From Octopus sinensis (lineage: Eukaryota), in NCBI RefSeq assembly GCF_006345805.1, contig NC_043026.1, forward strand, positions 12,689,579-12,753,578: a stretch of DNA of 64,000 bases, read 5' to 3'. Below are positions 37,066-50,812 of the stretch, in pieces; the first letter of the stretch is position 1, and the number at the start of each line of letters is the position of its first letter. The notes under the pieces were generated by a model that worked only from the letters and a program-made list of their open reading frames with translations, did no database searches and was not told where the DNA came from. The position numbers and the translations under genes were made by a program.

Positions 37066-37284
37066 TATTTCTTCATTGCCCACAAGGGGCTAAACATAGA
37101 GGGGACAGACAAACGGATTAAGTCGATTACATCGACCCCAGTGCCTAACTGGTACTTCATTTATCGACCCTGAAAGGATAAAATGTAAAGTCGACCTCCG
37201 CGGAATTTGAACTCAGAACGTAACGGCAGACGAAATACCACTAAGCATTTCGCCCGGCATGCTAACGTTTCTGCCAGCTCGCTG
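37066..37284 (-). mobile_element. tRNA-derived SINE, family B, with 15-bp TSD
   Basis: Pol III A/B-box-like motifs (B box GAGTTCAAATTCC); CCCCATCTGAATTCT duplicated at 37051-37065 and 37285-37299. Confidence 0.85.
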
Positions 37285-37299
37285 CCCCATCTGAATTCT

Positions 37300-37822
37300 A
37301 CCTCTTATGCTGACCCCTCTGATGCTGCTAATTCACCTCCAAGCTGTGTCCTCTGCAACTGTACAAGCCACCATTACATGCCTTGGTCTCATCAAAGCCA
37401 CAGTCGAACCAATTCAACTATATGGCTCAGAAACCTGGACGTTATCAAAGAAGCTTGAGAGGCGGTTGGATGGAACCTACACTCGCCTCCTTATCAGAGC
37501 TCAAAATCTCTCGTGGAAGCGCCATCCAACCAAAATGCAAATATATGGGAAACTACCACCTGTGTCATCTCTTGTGAAAGGTAGGAGAGTCCAGTTTGCG
37601 GGACATTGTTGTAGAGCTGAAAACAAGGTAATTTCTACTCTTCTCCTCTGGAAGCCATCTACTCGCAATACCAGAGGGCGCAAACTCTCCTACCCTGATG
37701 TAATCTCCAGGGATACAGGCATCCAGCAACAGGACCTCCGTAATGCCATGATGGACCGTGAAGTCTGGCGTAGCATGGTAAATTCCATTGTCTCAACCAC
37801 GGACGAACAATGATGATGATGA
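37300..37822 (+). mobile_element. 3' fragment of an RTE/RTE-X-like LINE
   Basis: ORF 37307-37813 has LYGSETWTL...RRVQFAGHC...MMDREVWRS, the C-terminal region of RTE-type RTs, followed by a (GAT)n tail. Confidence 0.8.
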
Positions 37823-38002
37823 TACATAAATATATACAAGGTGCATTCCAGACGTGTTCAGGTTTTTCAGGAGAGACATTCATTAATTTCAAAGGAGTAC
37901 AAAGTGGGATCTTTTGACTTGAATGTGCTTTCTGTTGCACAACTTCCATTTCGTGCGGATCCCGTGGAAACACTTAGGTACACATAAGTTATGTTTTGCA
38001 AT

Positions 38003-38386
38003 TTACTCTTTTACTTGTTTCAGTCATTTGACTGCGGCCATGCTGGAGCACCGCCTTTAGTCGAGCAAATCGACCCCGGCACTTATTCTTTGTAAGCCCA
38101 GTGCTTATTCTATCGGTCTCTTTTGCCGAACTCCTAAGTGACGGGGACATAAACACACCAGCATTGGTTGTCAAGCAATGCTGGGGGACAAACACACACA
38201 CACACATATATATATATACATATATACGACAGGCTTCTTTCAGTTTCCGTCTACCAAATCCACTCAGAAGGCATTGGTCGACCCGGGGCTATAGTAGAAG
38301 ACACTTGCCCAAGATGCCACGCATTAGGACTGAACCCAGAACCATGTGGTTGGTTAGCAAGCTACTTACCACACAGCCACTCCTGT
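38003..38386 (-). mobile_element. tRNA-derived SINE, family A, with internal microsatellite
   Basis: Reverse complement of CAGGAGTGGCTGTGTGGTAAGTAGC...GGTTCAGTCC...GACGGAAACTGAAAGAAGCC-(TA/TG)n-...GACTGAAACAAGTAAAAGA. Confidence 0.85.
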
Positions 38387-38894
38387 GGAAATTGTGATAA
38401 TAAAACAAATGTTTTCCTCACCACGACCACCACCACCAAAAGTTAATTTCTCTCCGAAAGAGCGAGGGTGGCATTATCTCTTTCTTTCCCTTTTTCATTA
38501 GAATGTCTCAAGACACTCGGTTGTCACAAAACTGTTAAAACTTCACAAACTTGACCGACCTGTGGCTAAATCTGGATTTAATTTCATCTTATACAAACTA
38601 TGCTATCAATTATAGAGAATTGCAAACCTAACTTATTTATCTGTACATTTTCATAAATGTTTCCACAGGGTTCACACAAAAAGAAGTTGTGCAACAGCAA
38701 GCACAGAGATAAATTGCGGCGATCCTTCGGTATACGTACCGGAAGTGGCTTTCTTTACACTTCTGAAGATAACAGAAACCCTTTTCTCGTACCCCTAGCC
38801 CTAAATCCACCCCCTCCATATATACATATATATATATAAAAAAATACTTTCTTGAAATGTATCCGGTACCCATACCGAAGTTACGCCACATAAA

Positions 38895-39270
<376 letters not shown>

Positions 39271-39276
39271 TGTGCA

Positions 39277-39510
39277 AGGTGGCGAGCTGGCAGAGTCGTT
39301 AGCACGCCGGGCGAAATGCTTAGCGATATTTCGGCTGTTGTTACGTTCTGAGTTCAAATTCTGCCAAGGTCGACATTGCCTTTCATTCTTTCGGGGTCAA
39401 AAAATCAAGTACCAGTTACGCACTGGGGTCGATGTAATCGACTTAATACCTATGTCAGTCCTTGTTTGTCCCCTCTATGCTTAGCCCCTAGTGGGTAATA
39501 AGGAAATAGG
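39277..39510 (+). mobile_element. SINE family B
   Basis: GGTGGCGAGCTGGCAGAGTCGTTAGC head and GCCCCTAGTGGGTAATAAGGAAAT tail. Confidence 0.8.
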
Positions 39511-39529
39511 CAGATATATATATATACGG

Positions 39530-39960
39530 GGTGTTTGACAATCTTGATGTCTCCTTTTTCAGGAAGAGTTTGATGTATTGGTGGACAGTCAATGGCTAAG
39601 GAGACTATAAAGAAGAAAGTTGTTGTTGACATGGAGGCCTGGAAGCCACCTTGAACGCTGGAAGAGAGTTAGCTGTGTGATGATGCTTCGCTGATATCCT
39701 GACTGCTGCTGAATGCTCCGTGAACGGGATAAAGACTGTGTGATATGACATGGGGCATTATTGCAACCATGTTCCCCAAGCTGTAATGATCTTCGGGAGT
39801 GTGATATGATACCACTCCACACTTTTGAAAATGGCCTTAAACTATAATTCAGACAGCTGTGTGAAGCTGCTGGATACCATGGTCTATCCTTAGTCGGAGA
39901 TGGGGGCTGCTGGAAAGTCGTATGTGTGGCAGAAGGTTTAGTTGTAGCCAGTCGCTAACA
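39530..39960 (+). mobile_element. Decayed Tc1/mariner-superfamily transposase remnant
   Basis: Across frameshifts it reads PQAVMIFG...DMIPLHTFENGLKL...SDSCVKLLDTMVYP...AAGKSYVWQ, resembling the region between the first two catalytic Asp residues. Confidence 0.5.
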
Positions 39961-40574
39961 AAGTGATAAGGGTTTTTCATTTCCTGGGATTTGTAAATAT
40001 GTGGCTCAGTAATATTTCTTTATTACCCATAAGGGTTTACATAGATGGGGACAATACAATGATTTGGGGTCATGTGGATGAAATGGAACTATTTACAATG
40101 AAAGTGAAAGTGAACAGGAACAAACAAACAAACAAAAAGGGACATATGAAGTCAAAAGAACAGGATAGCCGACCCCACGAGCCCTGTTATTTTAACTGAA
40201 ACCTTTTGGTAAGGGATCACAGCATGTTCATGCAAGGCCTTTCACACCTAGCATCCATCTTTTTTTGAATCAGTAAGCAAGAAAATATATGCAGGTGCAT
40301 ACACCTGGATTCGTGTTCTGTGTGAACATGGCACGTTATTACTAAGGGTGGATTTATTTTCCGTCTATGCACAGTGGTGGACTGGCCGGGTTGCCCAATA
40401 GCAAGTGGGCCCCTGCATAATTAGAATCCATATATGGGGACCCATGTTAGTATCCCCTCAAGTTTGAGAATTTTTTATTCACTCCTGAAAGCATGATTTC
40501 AGCCAGGCTGTGTTTGTAGACAGTTGAAAGGAATACTTTTAACAAAGGAAAACAAAAAGGAAAAATTAATGGTA

Positions 40575-41110
40575 GGCACAGGAGTGGCTGTGTGGTAAAT
40601 AGCTTGCTTACCAAACACACGTTTCCCTGGCACCTTGGGCAAGTGCCTTCTGCTATAGCCCCGAGCCGACCAATGCCTTGTGAGTGGATTTGGTAGACGG
40701 AAACTGAAAGAAGCCCATCGTATATATATATATAGGTGCAAGCGTGGCTGTGTGGTAAGTAGCTTGCTAACCAACCACGTTTCCAGGTTCAGTCCCATTA
40801 CGTGGCACCTTGGGCAAGTGCCTTCTGCTATAGCCCTGGGCTGACCAATGCCTTGTGAGTGGATTAGGTAGACGGAAACTGAAAGAAGCCTGTCGTATAT
40901 ATGTATACGTATGTGTGTCTGTGTTTGTCTCCCTAGCATTGCTTGACAACTGATGCTGGTGTGTTTACGTCCCCGTCACGTAGCGGTTCAGTGGAAGAGA
41001 CCGATAGAATAAGTACTGGGCTTACGAAGAATAAGTCCCGGGGTTGATTTGCTCGACTAAAGGCGGTGCTCCAGCATGGCCGCAGTCAAATGACTGAAAC
41101 AGGTAAAAGA
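40575..41110 (+). mobile_element. Family A SINE head followed by a full family A SINE
   Basis: Two tandem GGCTGTGTGGTAA heads; the second includes the 3' body. Confidence 0.8.
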
Positions 41111-41624
41111 GTATACATGTAAACATGTACATCACACAATGCGTGTCGTTACCTACATTGGAGGATGAGTGAGGTTTGGTGGTACGGTTGCTAGTCCAGT
41201 CCCAAACATGCAACATGTAGACAGACTACATGTTGCCAGTAGCTCTCTCGTGACCTGGTTGTGTGTTGTAGGCATTCATTCGTACTGAACATTTCAGGTG
41301 CTCTGGAACCACAGACTTGCATGGAAACCTAGAAATATTAGGAACTGCTAAGAGAGAGCAAAAGAACGTGACACACATTTTCCGGATTTGGTCTATTTTC
41401 GGATTAGTAGAAATTTCTGAGATATTCCCAAAATATTGCATTTGAACTTCTTTAAATGAATTTAACCCTTTAGTGTACAGATTATTCTGTCAAATGTGAT
41501 GTTCCCTAATAGAACTATATTCATAAAAAGTATGGATCTATATTATCACCCTCAAATATAAGAATTAAACACTCATAACTTTTTTCATGGCCCAGCATTT
41601 TGTGTTGATGCAGTAAGTCGGGTA

Positions 41625-41920
41625 GATATTTCCTTGGATCCCAGAACATCCCGCTGTGCTTGAGGAGACCTGTTGAGTCAAGTACATGAACATCGAAATA
41701 AATATCAATGGAAATAGTAGTTGTGATACCTGTGCCGGTGGCACATAAAAAGCACCATCCGAACGTGGCCGATGCCAGCGCCGCCTCGACTGGCTTCCGT
41801 GCCGGTGGCACATAAAAAGAGTCATCCGAACGTGGCCGATGCCAGCGCCGCCTCGACTGGCTTCCGTGCCGGTGGCACATAAAAAGCACCATCCGAACGT
41901 GGCCAATGCCAGATTCCCCT
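41625..41920 (+). mobile_element. RTE 3' UTR fragment with 67-bp tandem repeats
   Basis: Matches 28190-28620 of the large RTE; GCCGGTGGCACATAAAAAG recurs at 41734, 41801 and 41868. Confidence 0.8.
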
Positions 41921-42005
41921 GGCATCTTCACTATCTCGTCTGGCAGTTTATTCCACGGATCCGCAACCCGGACGGAGAAAGCCCCTCTCCTTTGATTGCG
42001 ATGAA
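41921..42005 (-). mobile_element. Short CR1-type LINE C-terminal fragment
   Basis: Translates to RRGAFSVRVADPWNKLPDEIVKMP, which contains the FSxRV...WNxLP motif. Confidence 0.6.
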
Positions 42006-43399
42006 ATCATGGCAGACTGCAATGCAACGCACATTACTAAGCAAACAATGTGCTTCGATGCCAAGAAATTTCAAGCACTCCACAATCAGCTCTGAAGAAG
42101 ATTACATTGAGAAGAGAGAAAAGGGAATACATGTCCCTGAGGAGAACATCATCATCATCGTTTAACGTCTGTTCTCCATGCTAGCTAATTCGCCTGGATA
42201 GCTACAAAGTGTCAATCTAAGAGAGGACCATGAGGAAATCCCATGACAATATACCAAGGTGTGCTCAGAGCAAAGGATGAGCGAAATGGCAATGATAAAA
42301 GATATGGATGTGTGTGTATGTGTTTGAATGTATTCCAAATGTATTCATGTATGTCTGAATGTAGGCACAATTTAGGAAGGTCTACCCCTATAATAGGTAA
42401 TGAAAGATATACAAACAGCTCAACTGAACGCCACTGCATCGTACCAAACACCTTGTACTTTCCATCTTGGGTAAGAATCCAATACTGCAACGGTTTAGGG
42501 TTTCCAGGGCCCACAGCTTTTCAATATCTCGACACAAAACCAGAAAGATTTATTAAGCGTAGGGTTGGATGTGCTCTAACGATGTATTCAACTTTTTATC
42601 TGAGATACTAAACGAACCCACAGCCTAGAGAAACACAAAGAAGAGCAGCTTTGTTCATCTAATTGCTTCATCAGAAGCAAATTGACACAGAGGAATAAGA
42701 AGCAAGCTGAAATAAACAAGCAAACAAAGATCAAAGCCCAGCATCAACAAACACCTTAGATGCAATTAATAAACGAGAAGCAATCAAACATACATATTTA
42801 GGTACATATAAAAACCAAGTCAGCAAGTTTCAGTGTTGAAGACATATTTATTTAACCACGTCACCTCCACACGATTTCACAATCTTCTTCATGGAGTATA
42901 TATTTTCAGTATGCAAGAAATTGTGTCTTCCTAAAAACCCAGTTACTCTAAAAGATGTTCACCTGGATTTCTCCACCATCTGCTCTCATGATGCTGCACT
43001 GCCTCACAAGTTTCTCCTCTTTTAGATTTCAGCTTTAATATCAATGGGCCTCTCGTGTCTGCTACATTCTGCTACACACACAACTATATATATCTGCACA
43101 TCACTGTTTCCACTCCTCACAATTGTCTAATCTAGTGCTTCCTAAAGTGGCAATATTTATGGTTATACAAATTATTTTCTACACACAATTCTAACAAATA
43201 CCTGTGCCCAGCATAACTATGTGTATCCCAGGTAAGTGCTTACAAAAAGGGTTGGCATCATTAACAATACCTCAAAAAGGAACCCTGATGATTATGAATG
43301 TTACCAAGGGTTCATCAGTTACTGACAATACCCACAAGGAGAAAGGGTTTTAAAATGTCTGTTGCTGTGAGCTGCAAAGACATTTCATAAAAAATACAG

Positions 43400-44683
43400 T
43401 CAAATTCTTGTATGGATAGATACGTGTGCAGCTAAGTAACGTTTCCTAGAGAATGATTTACCACAGAAATCACAGCGAAAAGGCCTCTCTCCTGTATGAA
43501 TACGTTTGTGAGAAGTTAAATGACAATTTTGAGAGAATGATTTACCACAGATATCACAGTGATATGGTTTCTCTCCGGTATGAACACGTTTGTGAGATGT
43601 TAAACTATCACTTCGAGAAAATGATTTACCACAGATATCACATTGAAATGGTTTCTCTCCTGTGTGAATACGTTTGTGTACAATTAAGTTACTTCCGTCA
43701 GAGAATGATTTACCACAGATATCACAGCAAAATGGCCTCTCACCTGTATGAATATGTTTGTGAGTAGTTAATCGAGAATTTTGAGAGAATGATTTACCAC
43801 AGATATCACAGCAAAATGGCCTATCACCTGTATGAATACTTTTGTGAGAAGTTAATTGACTGTTTGTAGGGAATGATTTGCCACAGATATCACACGGAAA
43901 TGGCTTATCTCCTGTGTGATTACGTTTGTGACTAATTAAGGCACTTCTATAAGAGAATGGTTTCCCACAGACATCACACTCATATGGCTTCTCACCTGTA
44001 TGAATACGTATGTGTGTAGTTAAATTGTTCTTTTCAGAGAATGATTTACCACAGATATCACAGTGATACGGCTTTTCTCCTGTATGACTTCGTTTGTGTC
44101 CAACTAATTTACTGCTTACAGAGAAAGATTTACCACAAATATCACAGTGAAATGGTTTTTCCCCTGTGTGAATGCGTTTGTGTGCAGTTAGGCTACTGTT
44201 TTCAGAGAATGATTTACCACACAAATCACAATGAAATGGCTTCTCTCCTGTATGAATACGTTTGTGTTTAGTTAAGTGACTGCTTTGTGTGAAAGATTTA
44301 CCACAAATATCACAGCGAAATGGCTTCTCTCCTGTATGAATACGTTTGTGAGTAGTTAAGTTATTGCTTTGTATGAAGGATTTACCACAAATATCACAGC
44401 GAAATGGCTTCTCTCCTGTATGAATACGTTTGTGAGTAGTTAAGTCAGAGCTTTGAGAGTATGATTTACCACAGATATCGCAGTGATATGGTTTTTCTCC
44501 CGTGTGAATACGTTTGTGAGTAGTTAACACACTATTTTGAGAGAATGATTTACCACAGACATCACACTGGAACGGTTTTTCTCCTGTGTGAGTACGCTTG
44601 TGTCTATCTAAGGTAGCACTTCTAGTGGTTGATTTACCACAGATATCACAACGATACCATGATTTTCGCATATTTTTCAGCAT
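43400..44683 (-). CDS. C2H2 zinc-finger array protein, unit 6 (15 fingers, 427 aa)
   Basis: 15 canonical fingers, the same 9-11 aa leader, and the HVSIHTRI tail. Confidence 0.93.
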   Translation of the reverse strand: MLKNMRKSWYRCDICGKSTTRSATLDRHKRTHTGEKPFQCDVCGKSFSQNSVLTTHKRIHTGEKPYHCDICGKSYSQSSDLTTHKRIHTGEKPFRCDICGKSFIQSNNLTTHKRIHTGEKPFRCDICGKSFTQSSHLTKHKRIHTGEKPFHCDLCGKSFSENSSLTAHKRIHTGEKPFHCDICGKSFSVSSKLVGHKRSHTGEKPYHCDICGKSFSEKNNLTTHIRIHTGEKPYECDVCGKPFSYRSALISHKRNHTGDKPFPCDICGKSFPTNSQLTSHKSIHTGDRPFCCDICGKSFSQNSRLTTHKHIHTGERPFCCDICGKSFSDGSNLIVHKRIHTGEKPFQCDICGKSFSRSDSLTSHKRVHTGEKPYHCDICGKSFSQNCHLTSHKRIHTGERPFRCDFCGKSFSRKRYLAAHVSIHTRI

Positions 44684-45269
44684 TTCTTTGAGGAATCAAA
44701 ATAGACCCAATCCTTGGCCTTTCGCATCACATTAAAGTTTTACTCCTATCTTTATCCTTCTTTTTATAGTTTATTCCTTACAAATATTTCCACTGCAAAC
44801 TTCACTGATATCTAAAGATGCTATAAATTTGGAAAGTCATCAAAGAGTAACGAGAATGCAAAGCATCAGCTAATGAAATAGAAAAATGTTGCTATTAATC
44901 TCAGATCAGAGCAAACATTTCATAGAATTTCTAACAAAGATTTATAGAAATAGGCTTAGATGCGTTCTGTGTAAACTTTTCCTCAAGACTTTAAAAGATG
45001 AAAAATGTTGAAGATGTATTCATTATAAAAGAAAATGTCTTTGATGCCAATGTCATCCGTAAATCTGAAATGATAAAGAAACAGAATTAGATAGAGAGAA
45101 AAGATCAAAAGAGAAATGTTAAAATATTTCTTTATTAATTAACAAATGACATCATATAACATTGGGTGAAATGTAAGAATTTGTAAACTACAACTACTCT
45201 TTAACATTGTGTAACATTACTCATGCACGCACATATATACATATCTCTATCTATCTACGTATATATATA

Positions 45270-45463
45270 TTGTGAATAAAAATAAAAAAAGGGGGTAGAA
45301 TTAATTAATTTCTAAAAAGCTCGGTGTGATATGCATTGTCTGGGAGACATTTTCTTGCAGTTGAAGAAATAGCCAAATTTTTGGCTGCTATTTCTAAAAA
45401 GCTCGGTGTGTGGTAAAGTAAATTATTTTACTTTACCCTATTTTCATAAATTTTTTATAAAAT

Positions 45464-45467
<4 letters not shown>
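45270..45467. mobile_element. Same MITE-like insertion in unit 6
   Basis: Reverse complement of 21976-22172. Confidence 0.6.
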
Positions 45468-45511
<44 letters not shown>

Positions 45512-45950
45512 AGTTCAGCTTAGGCGGAGAATATTATTTTGATTTTTGGGGGCTTCATTTTTGAGAACTCCCTGAAAAGATGTGGTTAGGGTCACAGAAC
45601 AATGATATAAACATTTTTGCAATTTCAATTTTGGTAACTCCCCAAACCGAAAGGATCCCGTATTTCTGTAGTTATGCCCTAAATTTACTGACAAAATATA
45701 CATTATTAAACGATTAAAGGACTCAAAAGAAAATTACACAAATTGGGTGTCAAAAGGGGAAATATCGTTTACCAAAAGGAAAGCCGTTGTGAGGGAGGTC
45801 TTCCTGCTTGTCTTCAGGAATACTTAAAAAGCTGACAAATGTCTGTAGATATAGACAAACCTCCTATGGTTCAGTTTCTTGTCTTAGATATCACACACCT
45901 CCGTTAACAAGTGTACAACAAATGCTATGTAGATATATTTTTTCACTTAC

Positions 45951-46146
45951 CATTAGAATACTTGTTGATCTGACCAGGATCCTTTCTTGAAATCCAGTTT
46001 GTTTTTCCAACCATGGATAGTAGAAATGCGCACAATATTTGCTACAAAGGGGCATACAAACAATTCGTGCTTTCGATCTAAGGTCCAAATGAAATATGAA
46101 GAAGGGCGAGCAAAGTTCCTCGATTCAAAGCTTTTTGCCCCCTTTC
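45951..46146 (-). other. Predicted upstream 5' UTR exon of unit 6
   Basis: Reverse complement of the same exon; next exon opens at 45064. Confidence 0.65.
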
Positions 46147-48459
46147 CTGTAAAATAGGGATCAACCAACTAAAGCTGTGATCAAGAGAAATATTAAATCA
46201 CAAATCATGTAAGTCGCTTCGTGTTATTCCTAGAGATCAACGTTCACCTGAACACGAGGTATTACTACATCTGATATAATCAGATTCGGCTTAATTAGAA
46301 GCACGTGTAGAAGCTGTTGATAATTATTCCCGCGGTTGAACGACACCGGTGTCATATATTAAAAGTCCCCAATATAACACGAAGAGACGTTAAAATTATA
46401 TTAATTCACACCTTTAATTGCATCTCAGCCAAGGTAAATGATAAAAACCTCATCCAGCTAAATAGTAATTACGTCTCAACAAGAGTGTCTGCGCATGGTC
46501 ACTGAACCTGCTAAAAATAGCAGCCAAATATTTCTGACATCATTACATCTTAGCATTAGAATGCATATAACCGTATGTTTGTTCATTAAACGGACATATG
46601 ATTAGAAACACAGCAGGTGCTGTTCCCTACGCCTTTATCAGGGGTCGACAAACTATTTCGACCTTCGACCCTCAACTATAGCGAAGGTTGAAACGGAGCC
46701 CTTCCCGGCTTTCAAATTCCTTTGCGTTTCTGTTTTTCTCCGGAATCCCATGTTTTTAGGCCATGGAAATTTCGATTCTGGAAAAGATTATTTCAAAAAT
46801 CCCAATATCAAAATTTCAGTCCCATATCCCTTTCCTTCGTTTTTTTACTTTTTCCTGAAATAAAGGGGGAAGGGTTCCGTTTACGGCGGGGGGTAAGACA
46901 ATGGACCACACCCTCTTTCCGATGTTTTTGGGGTTTTGTTTTTACAGGAACCAACGATATCGAGGCGGAGATTCCAAATCTGCATTAAAATATTTTTAAT
47001 CTCCCAACGCAATTTCTTAAATTTTCTACTAAAAACAAAATTTTTCTGGTGAAATTTGTAGAAAAATAAGGAGATTACGATTCTGAAAAAAACAAAAAAA
47101 AAATGTAAATTCTAATTTTTCAAAATATACAAAATAAAAACAAAAAAAAAACCCCACCTCCTCCCCTGACCCATAACAAGAAATGAAATGAAAGTGTTTT
47201 CTTCTATTAATGTTTTACGCATTCATAAAATTACAAAATAGAAGCTGGACAAAGTGAGAGTCGGGTGGGGTTCAGGAGGTGATGCAGGCTGTGATGGGAA
47301 TGGTGAGGAGAATAAGGGGAGGTAGAGAGGGGAACTGGATGAAGAGCCTGCTTTTTCCATTCAATTCCAATATTAACAACCGCATGATTTTCACTAAGAG
47401 AAAAAAGACAAAACTTGGATTTTTGGGGTGGAATCAAGTACCCTGACCTAATATGATGCTTCACGTCCCTTATATTGGTTTGGAAAACAAGAGGGTTGGG
47501 TCACCCCTTCCCATTTCGGAATCATTGGATATTTTTTCCGTTTTTTCTTTCTTGAATGAATTCCTGTGACCTAATATGCTACAAAACTCTTTTTGGGGTC
47601 AGTAAAACGGGGTGGGGTGAGGTGGAAGCCTCAGAAATTTCACCCCACCCTCACTGATCTTTTCGCCTGTATGAAAAAACTGGGGAAGTCCCCCAATTTT
47701 TTGTTAACCACAATAAGGGATTTGCAGCATATTAGGAGGTCAGGGTACTTGATTCCACGCAAAAAATCCAATTTTTTTTCCTTACTGAAAACTTTGTGGA
47801 TAAAAAGATCAATGGCGATTGGGGCGAACATTCCAAGGCTTCCAGCTCCCTCCATCCCGTTTTTCGGACCCCAAAAAAGGTTTTGTAGCATATTAGGTCA
47901 GAGGATTCATTCAATGAAAAAAATAAGTTTCCAACGAAACTAAGATGGGGGTGTCCTCCCACTTTTCCAAACCAAAATAAGGGATTTGCAGCATATTAGG
48001 AGGTATTTCTTTTATCACAGCAGCTGGTTGCACCCCACAAGGTTTGATAGAACCTACTGAAGCAATCCAGCATCCTCCCAGTATTACTACAGGTGACAGC
48101 GAGGCTCAGGTGTTAAGAAAAACCATGCACCCACACGGGCATCACCTTCCCTTTCCTGTAAAATAGGGATCAACCAACTAAAGCTGTGATCAAGAGAAAT
48201 ATTAAATCACAAATCATGTAAGTCGCTTCGTGTTATTCATAGAGATCAACGTTCACCTGAACACGAGGTATTACTACATCTGATATAATTAGATTCGTCT
48301 TAATTGGAAGCACGTGTAGAAGCTGTTGATAATTATTCCCGTAAAGAAATAAATCACAACACCATTAAATCACTTGGTAATCCATAATAATTATGAAAAT
48401 TCGTTTCTCAAAGCGAAATGGTAACAATTCTAGTCTTGGTAGAACTGCAATTCTTTCCC

Positions 48460-48607
48460 CTGACGATATGGACTTCCGCTTCCGCTGCAAGCTTTGTCGA
48501 TGGCAAAGAAGACCAATTATTCGTTTTGCTCTCCCTTTGATCGAGATTTGCTGAAATCAAATCTATTTTCACACTAAATACTGATTTGTATATCGTAACA
48601 GGTAAGA
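48460..48607 (+). promoter_or_regulatory. Candidate promoter and first exon divergent from the minus-strand ZNF units
   Basis: Tandem CTTCCG (ETS-core-like) motifs at 48471-48486 and a strong donor CAG|GTAAGA at 48601/48602. A diverged paralog lies at 61500-61646. Confidence 0.35.
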
Positions 48608-48622
48608 TATACATACATATTT

Positions 48623-48823
48623 GGTACTACTAGCGAAGACTGGACCCGGTGCGCGCCCACGCGCTAGCTAGTCGTAAATAGTCGATCCTACAACGACACA
48701 CATATACATACATACATATATATATATGTGTGTGTGCGTGTGTATATATATATGTATATATATATATATATATACAAATATATACATACATATATATATA
48801 TATATACGTGTGTGTGTGTGTGA

Positions 48824-48855
<32 letters not shown>

Positions 48856-48872
48856 TTATATATATATTCATA

Positions 48873-48925
<53 letters not shown>

Positions 48926-48980
48926 ATTTATATATATATACATATATATATATATTTATAGATATATACATATATATATA

Positions 48981-49022
<42 letters not shown>

Positions 49023-49272
49023 CCTGAGTGATGTACCTACTATGGATGCTGTCCAAATACTAAAAACTAGTAAAACAATATATCATACACATTTTTGATT
49101 TGTGTAAAAAAATCATATACGTTGTTCTAAGAAATAATTTATTTACTTTCTTTAAAAAAATTCTTTTATTTTAATTGTAAAATCAAATCATTTGCATAAG
49201 CGCAGGTCGTTGTAGGATCGACTACTTACGACTAGCTAGCGCGCACCGGGTCCAGACTTCGCTAGTAGTACC
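48623..49272. mobile_element. Mutator-like MITE with 9-bp TSD
   Basis: Long TIRs GGTACTACTAGCGAAG-CTGGACCCGGTGCGCGC...GCTAGCTAGTCGTAA. TACATATTT is duplicated at 48614-48622 and 49273-49281, and the paralogous site near 61650 is empty. Confidence 0.85.
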
Positions 49273-49489
49273 TACATATTTATCTATATACACAGAAGGC
49301 AGACCTCTTATCCGGTTTCTAGGAATCCCTGGACACTCAGCAATGATCTGTATTATACAGGGGCGAGTCCCTTGATTCCTTTGGCCGTAACTTTCTTCAG
49401 CAGCGAAGGTAAGGCGTGGATGTGAACAAACCGGTGGAGTGGGGCATTCGGAAAAATAAAGACACACATCTATAAGCGTGTGTATAATA

Positions 49490-49875
49490 TATATTTCTTT
49501 ACCACCTACAAGGGGCTAAACATAGAGGGGACAAACAAAGACAGACAAAGGGATTAAGTCAATTACATTGACTCCAGTGCGAAACTGCTACTTAATTTAT
49601 CGACCCCGGCAGAATTTGAACTCAGAACGTAACGACAGATGAAATACCTATTTCTTTATTACCCACAAGGGGCTAAACACAGAGGGGACAAACAAGGACA
49701 GACATAGGTATTAAGTCGATTACATCGACCCCAGTGCGTAACTGGTACTTTATTTATCGACCCCGAAAGGATGAAAGGCAAAGTCGACCCCGGCAGAATT
49801 TGAACTCAGAACGTAACGACAGACGAAATACCTCTAAGCATTTCGACTGGCGTGCTAATGTTTCTGCCAGCTCTC
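49490..49875 (-). mobile_element. Two adjacent family B SINEs, one internally deleted
   Basis: Two CCCACAAGGGGCTAAAC tails and two AGAATTTGAACTCAGAACG B-box segments. Confidence 0.75.
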
Positions 49876-50405
49876 CATCTTGTGTGTGTATGATATATAT
49901 ACATACATATATATATATGTGGCGTAACTTTGGTATAGGTACCGGATACATTTCAAGAAAGTGTTTTTTTTTTTATATATGGTGGGGTTAGGGTTAGGGG
50001 TACAAGAAAAGGGTTTCTGTTATCTTCAGAAGTGTAAAGAAAGCCACTTCCGGTACGTATACCGAAGGATCGCCGCAATTTATCTCTGTGCTTGCTGTTG
50101 CACAACTTCTTTTTGTGTGAACCCTGTGGAAACATTTATGAAAATGTACAGATAAATAAGTTAGGTTTGCAATTCTCTATAATTGATAGCATAGTTTGTA
50201 TAAAATGAAATTAAATCCAGATTTAGCCACAGGTCGGTCAAGTTTGTGAAGTTTTAACAGTTTTGTGACAACCAAGTGTCTTAGACATTCTAATGAAAAA
50301 GTGAAAGAAAGAGATAATGCCACCCTCGCTCTTTCGGAGAGAAATTAACTTTTGGTGGTGGTGGTTGTGGTGAGGAAAACATTTGTTTTATTATCACAAT
50401 TTCCA

Positions 50406-50812
50406 CAGGAGTGGCTGTGTGGTAAGTAGCTTGCTAACCAACCACATGGTTCTGGGTTCAGTCCCACTGCATGGCACCTCGGGCAGGTGTCTTTTGCTAT
50501 AGCCCCGGGCCGACCAATGACTTGTGAGTGGATTTGGTAGACGGAAACTTAAAGAAGCCTGTCATATATATGTATATATATATATATATATATATGTGTG
50601 CGTGTATGTTTGTGTGTCTGTGTTTGTCCCCTAGCATTGCTTGACAACCGATGCTGGTGTGTTTATGTCCCCGTCACTTGACAGTTCGGGAAATGAGACC
50701 GATAGAATAAGTACTGGGCTTACAAAGAATAAGTCCCGGGGTCGAATTGCTCGACTAAAGGCGGTGCTCCAGCATGGCCGCGGTCAAATGACTGAAACAA
50801 GTAAAAGAGAAA
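50406..50812 (+). mobile_element. Family A SINE, inverted twin of 38003-38386
   Basis: Same family and same flanking unique sequence in inverted orientation. Confidence 0.85.

Larger units (their letters stand above)
42375..48341 (-). repeat. Inverted copy of the unit (unit 6) plus the remnant of a preceding gene-less unit
   Basis: Reverse-complement match to the tandem unit from the 3' LINE relic through the promoter region and foldback to the CRE relic. A deletion junction lies at 48147-48149. Confidence 0.9.

Noticed and set aside
40368-41510. Possible hAT end (CAGTGGTGGACTGG, about 40372) and piggyBac-like end (TTAACCCTTTAG, about 41462)
   Set aside because: No partner inverted end or target duplication was found in the window.
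49985-50000. TTAGGGTTAGGG as an interstitial telomere
   Set aside because: Only two units are present, and they are not preserved in the inverted twin near 38795.
50406-50480. SINE heads as tRNA genes
   Set aside because: They have A/B boxes but no complete cloverleaf, and they run into SINE bodies present in many copies.
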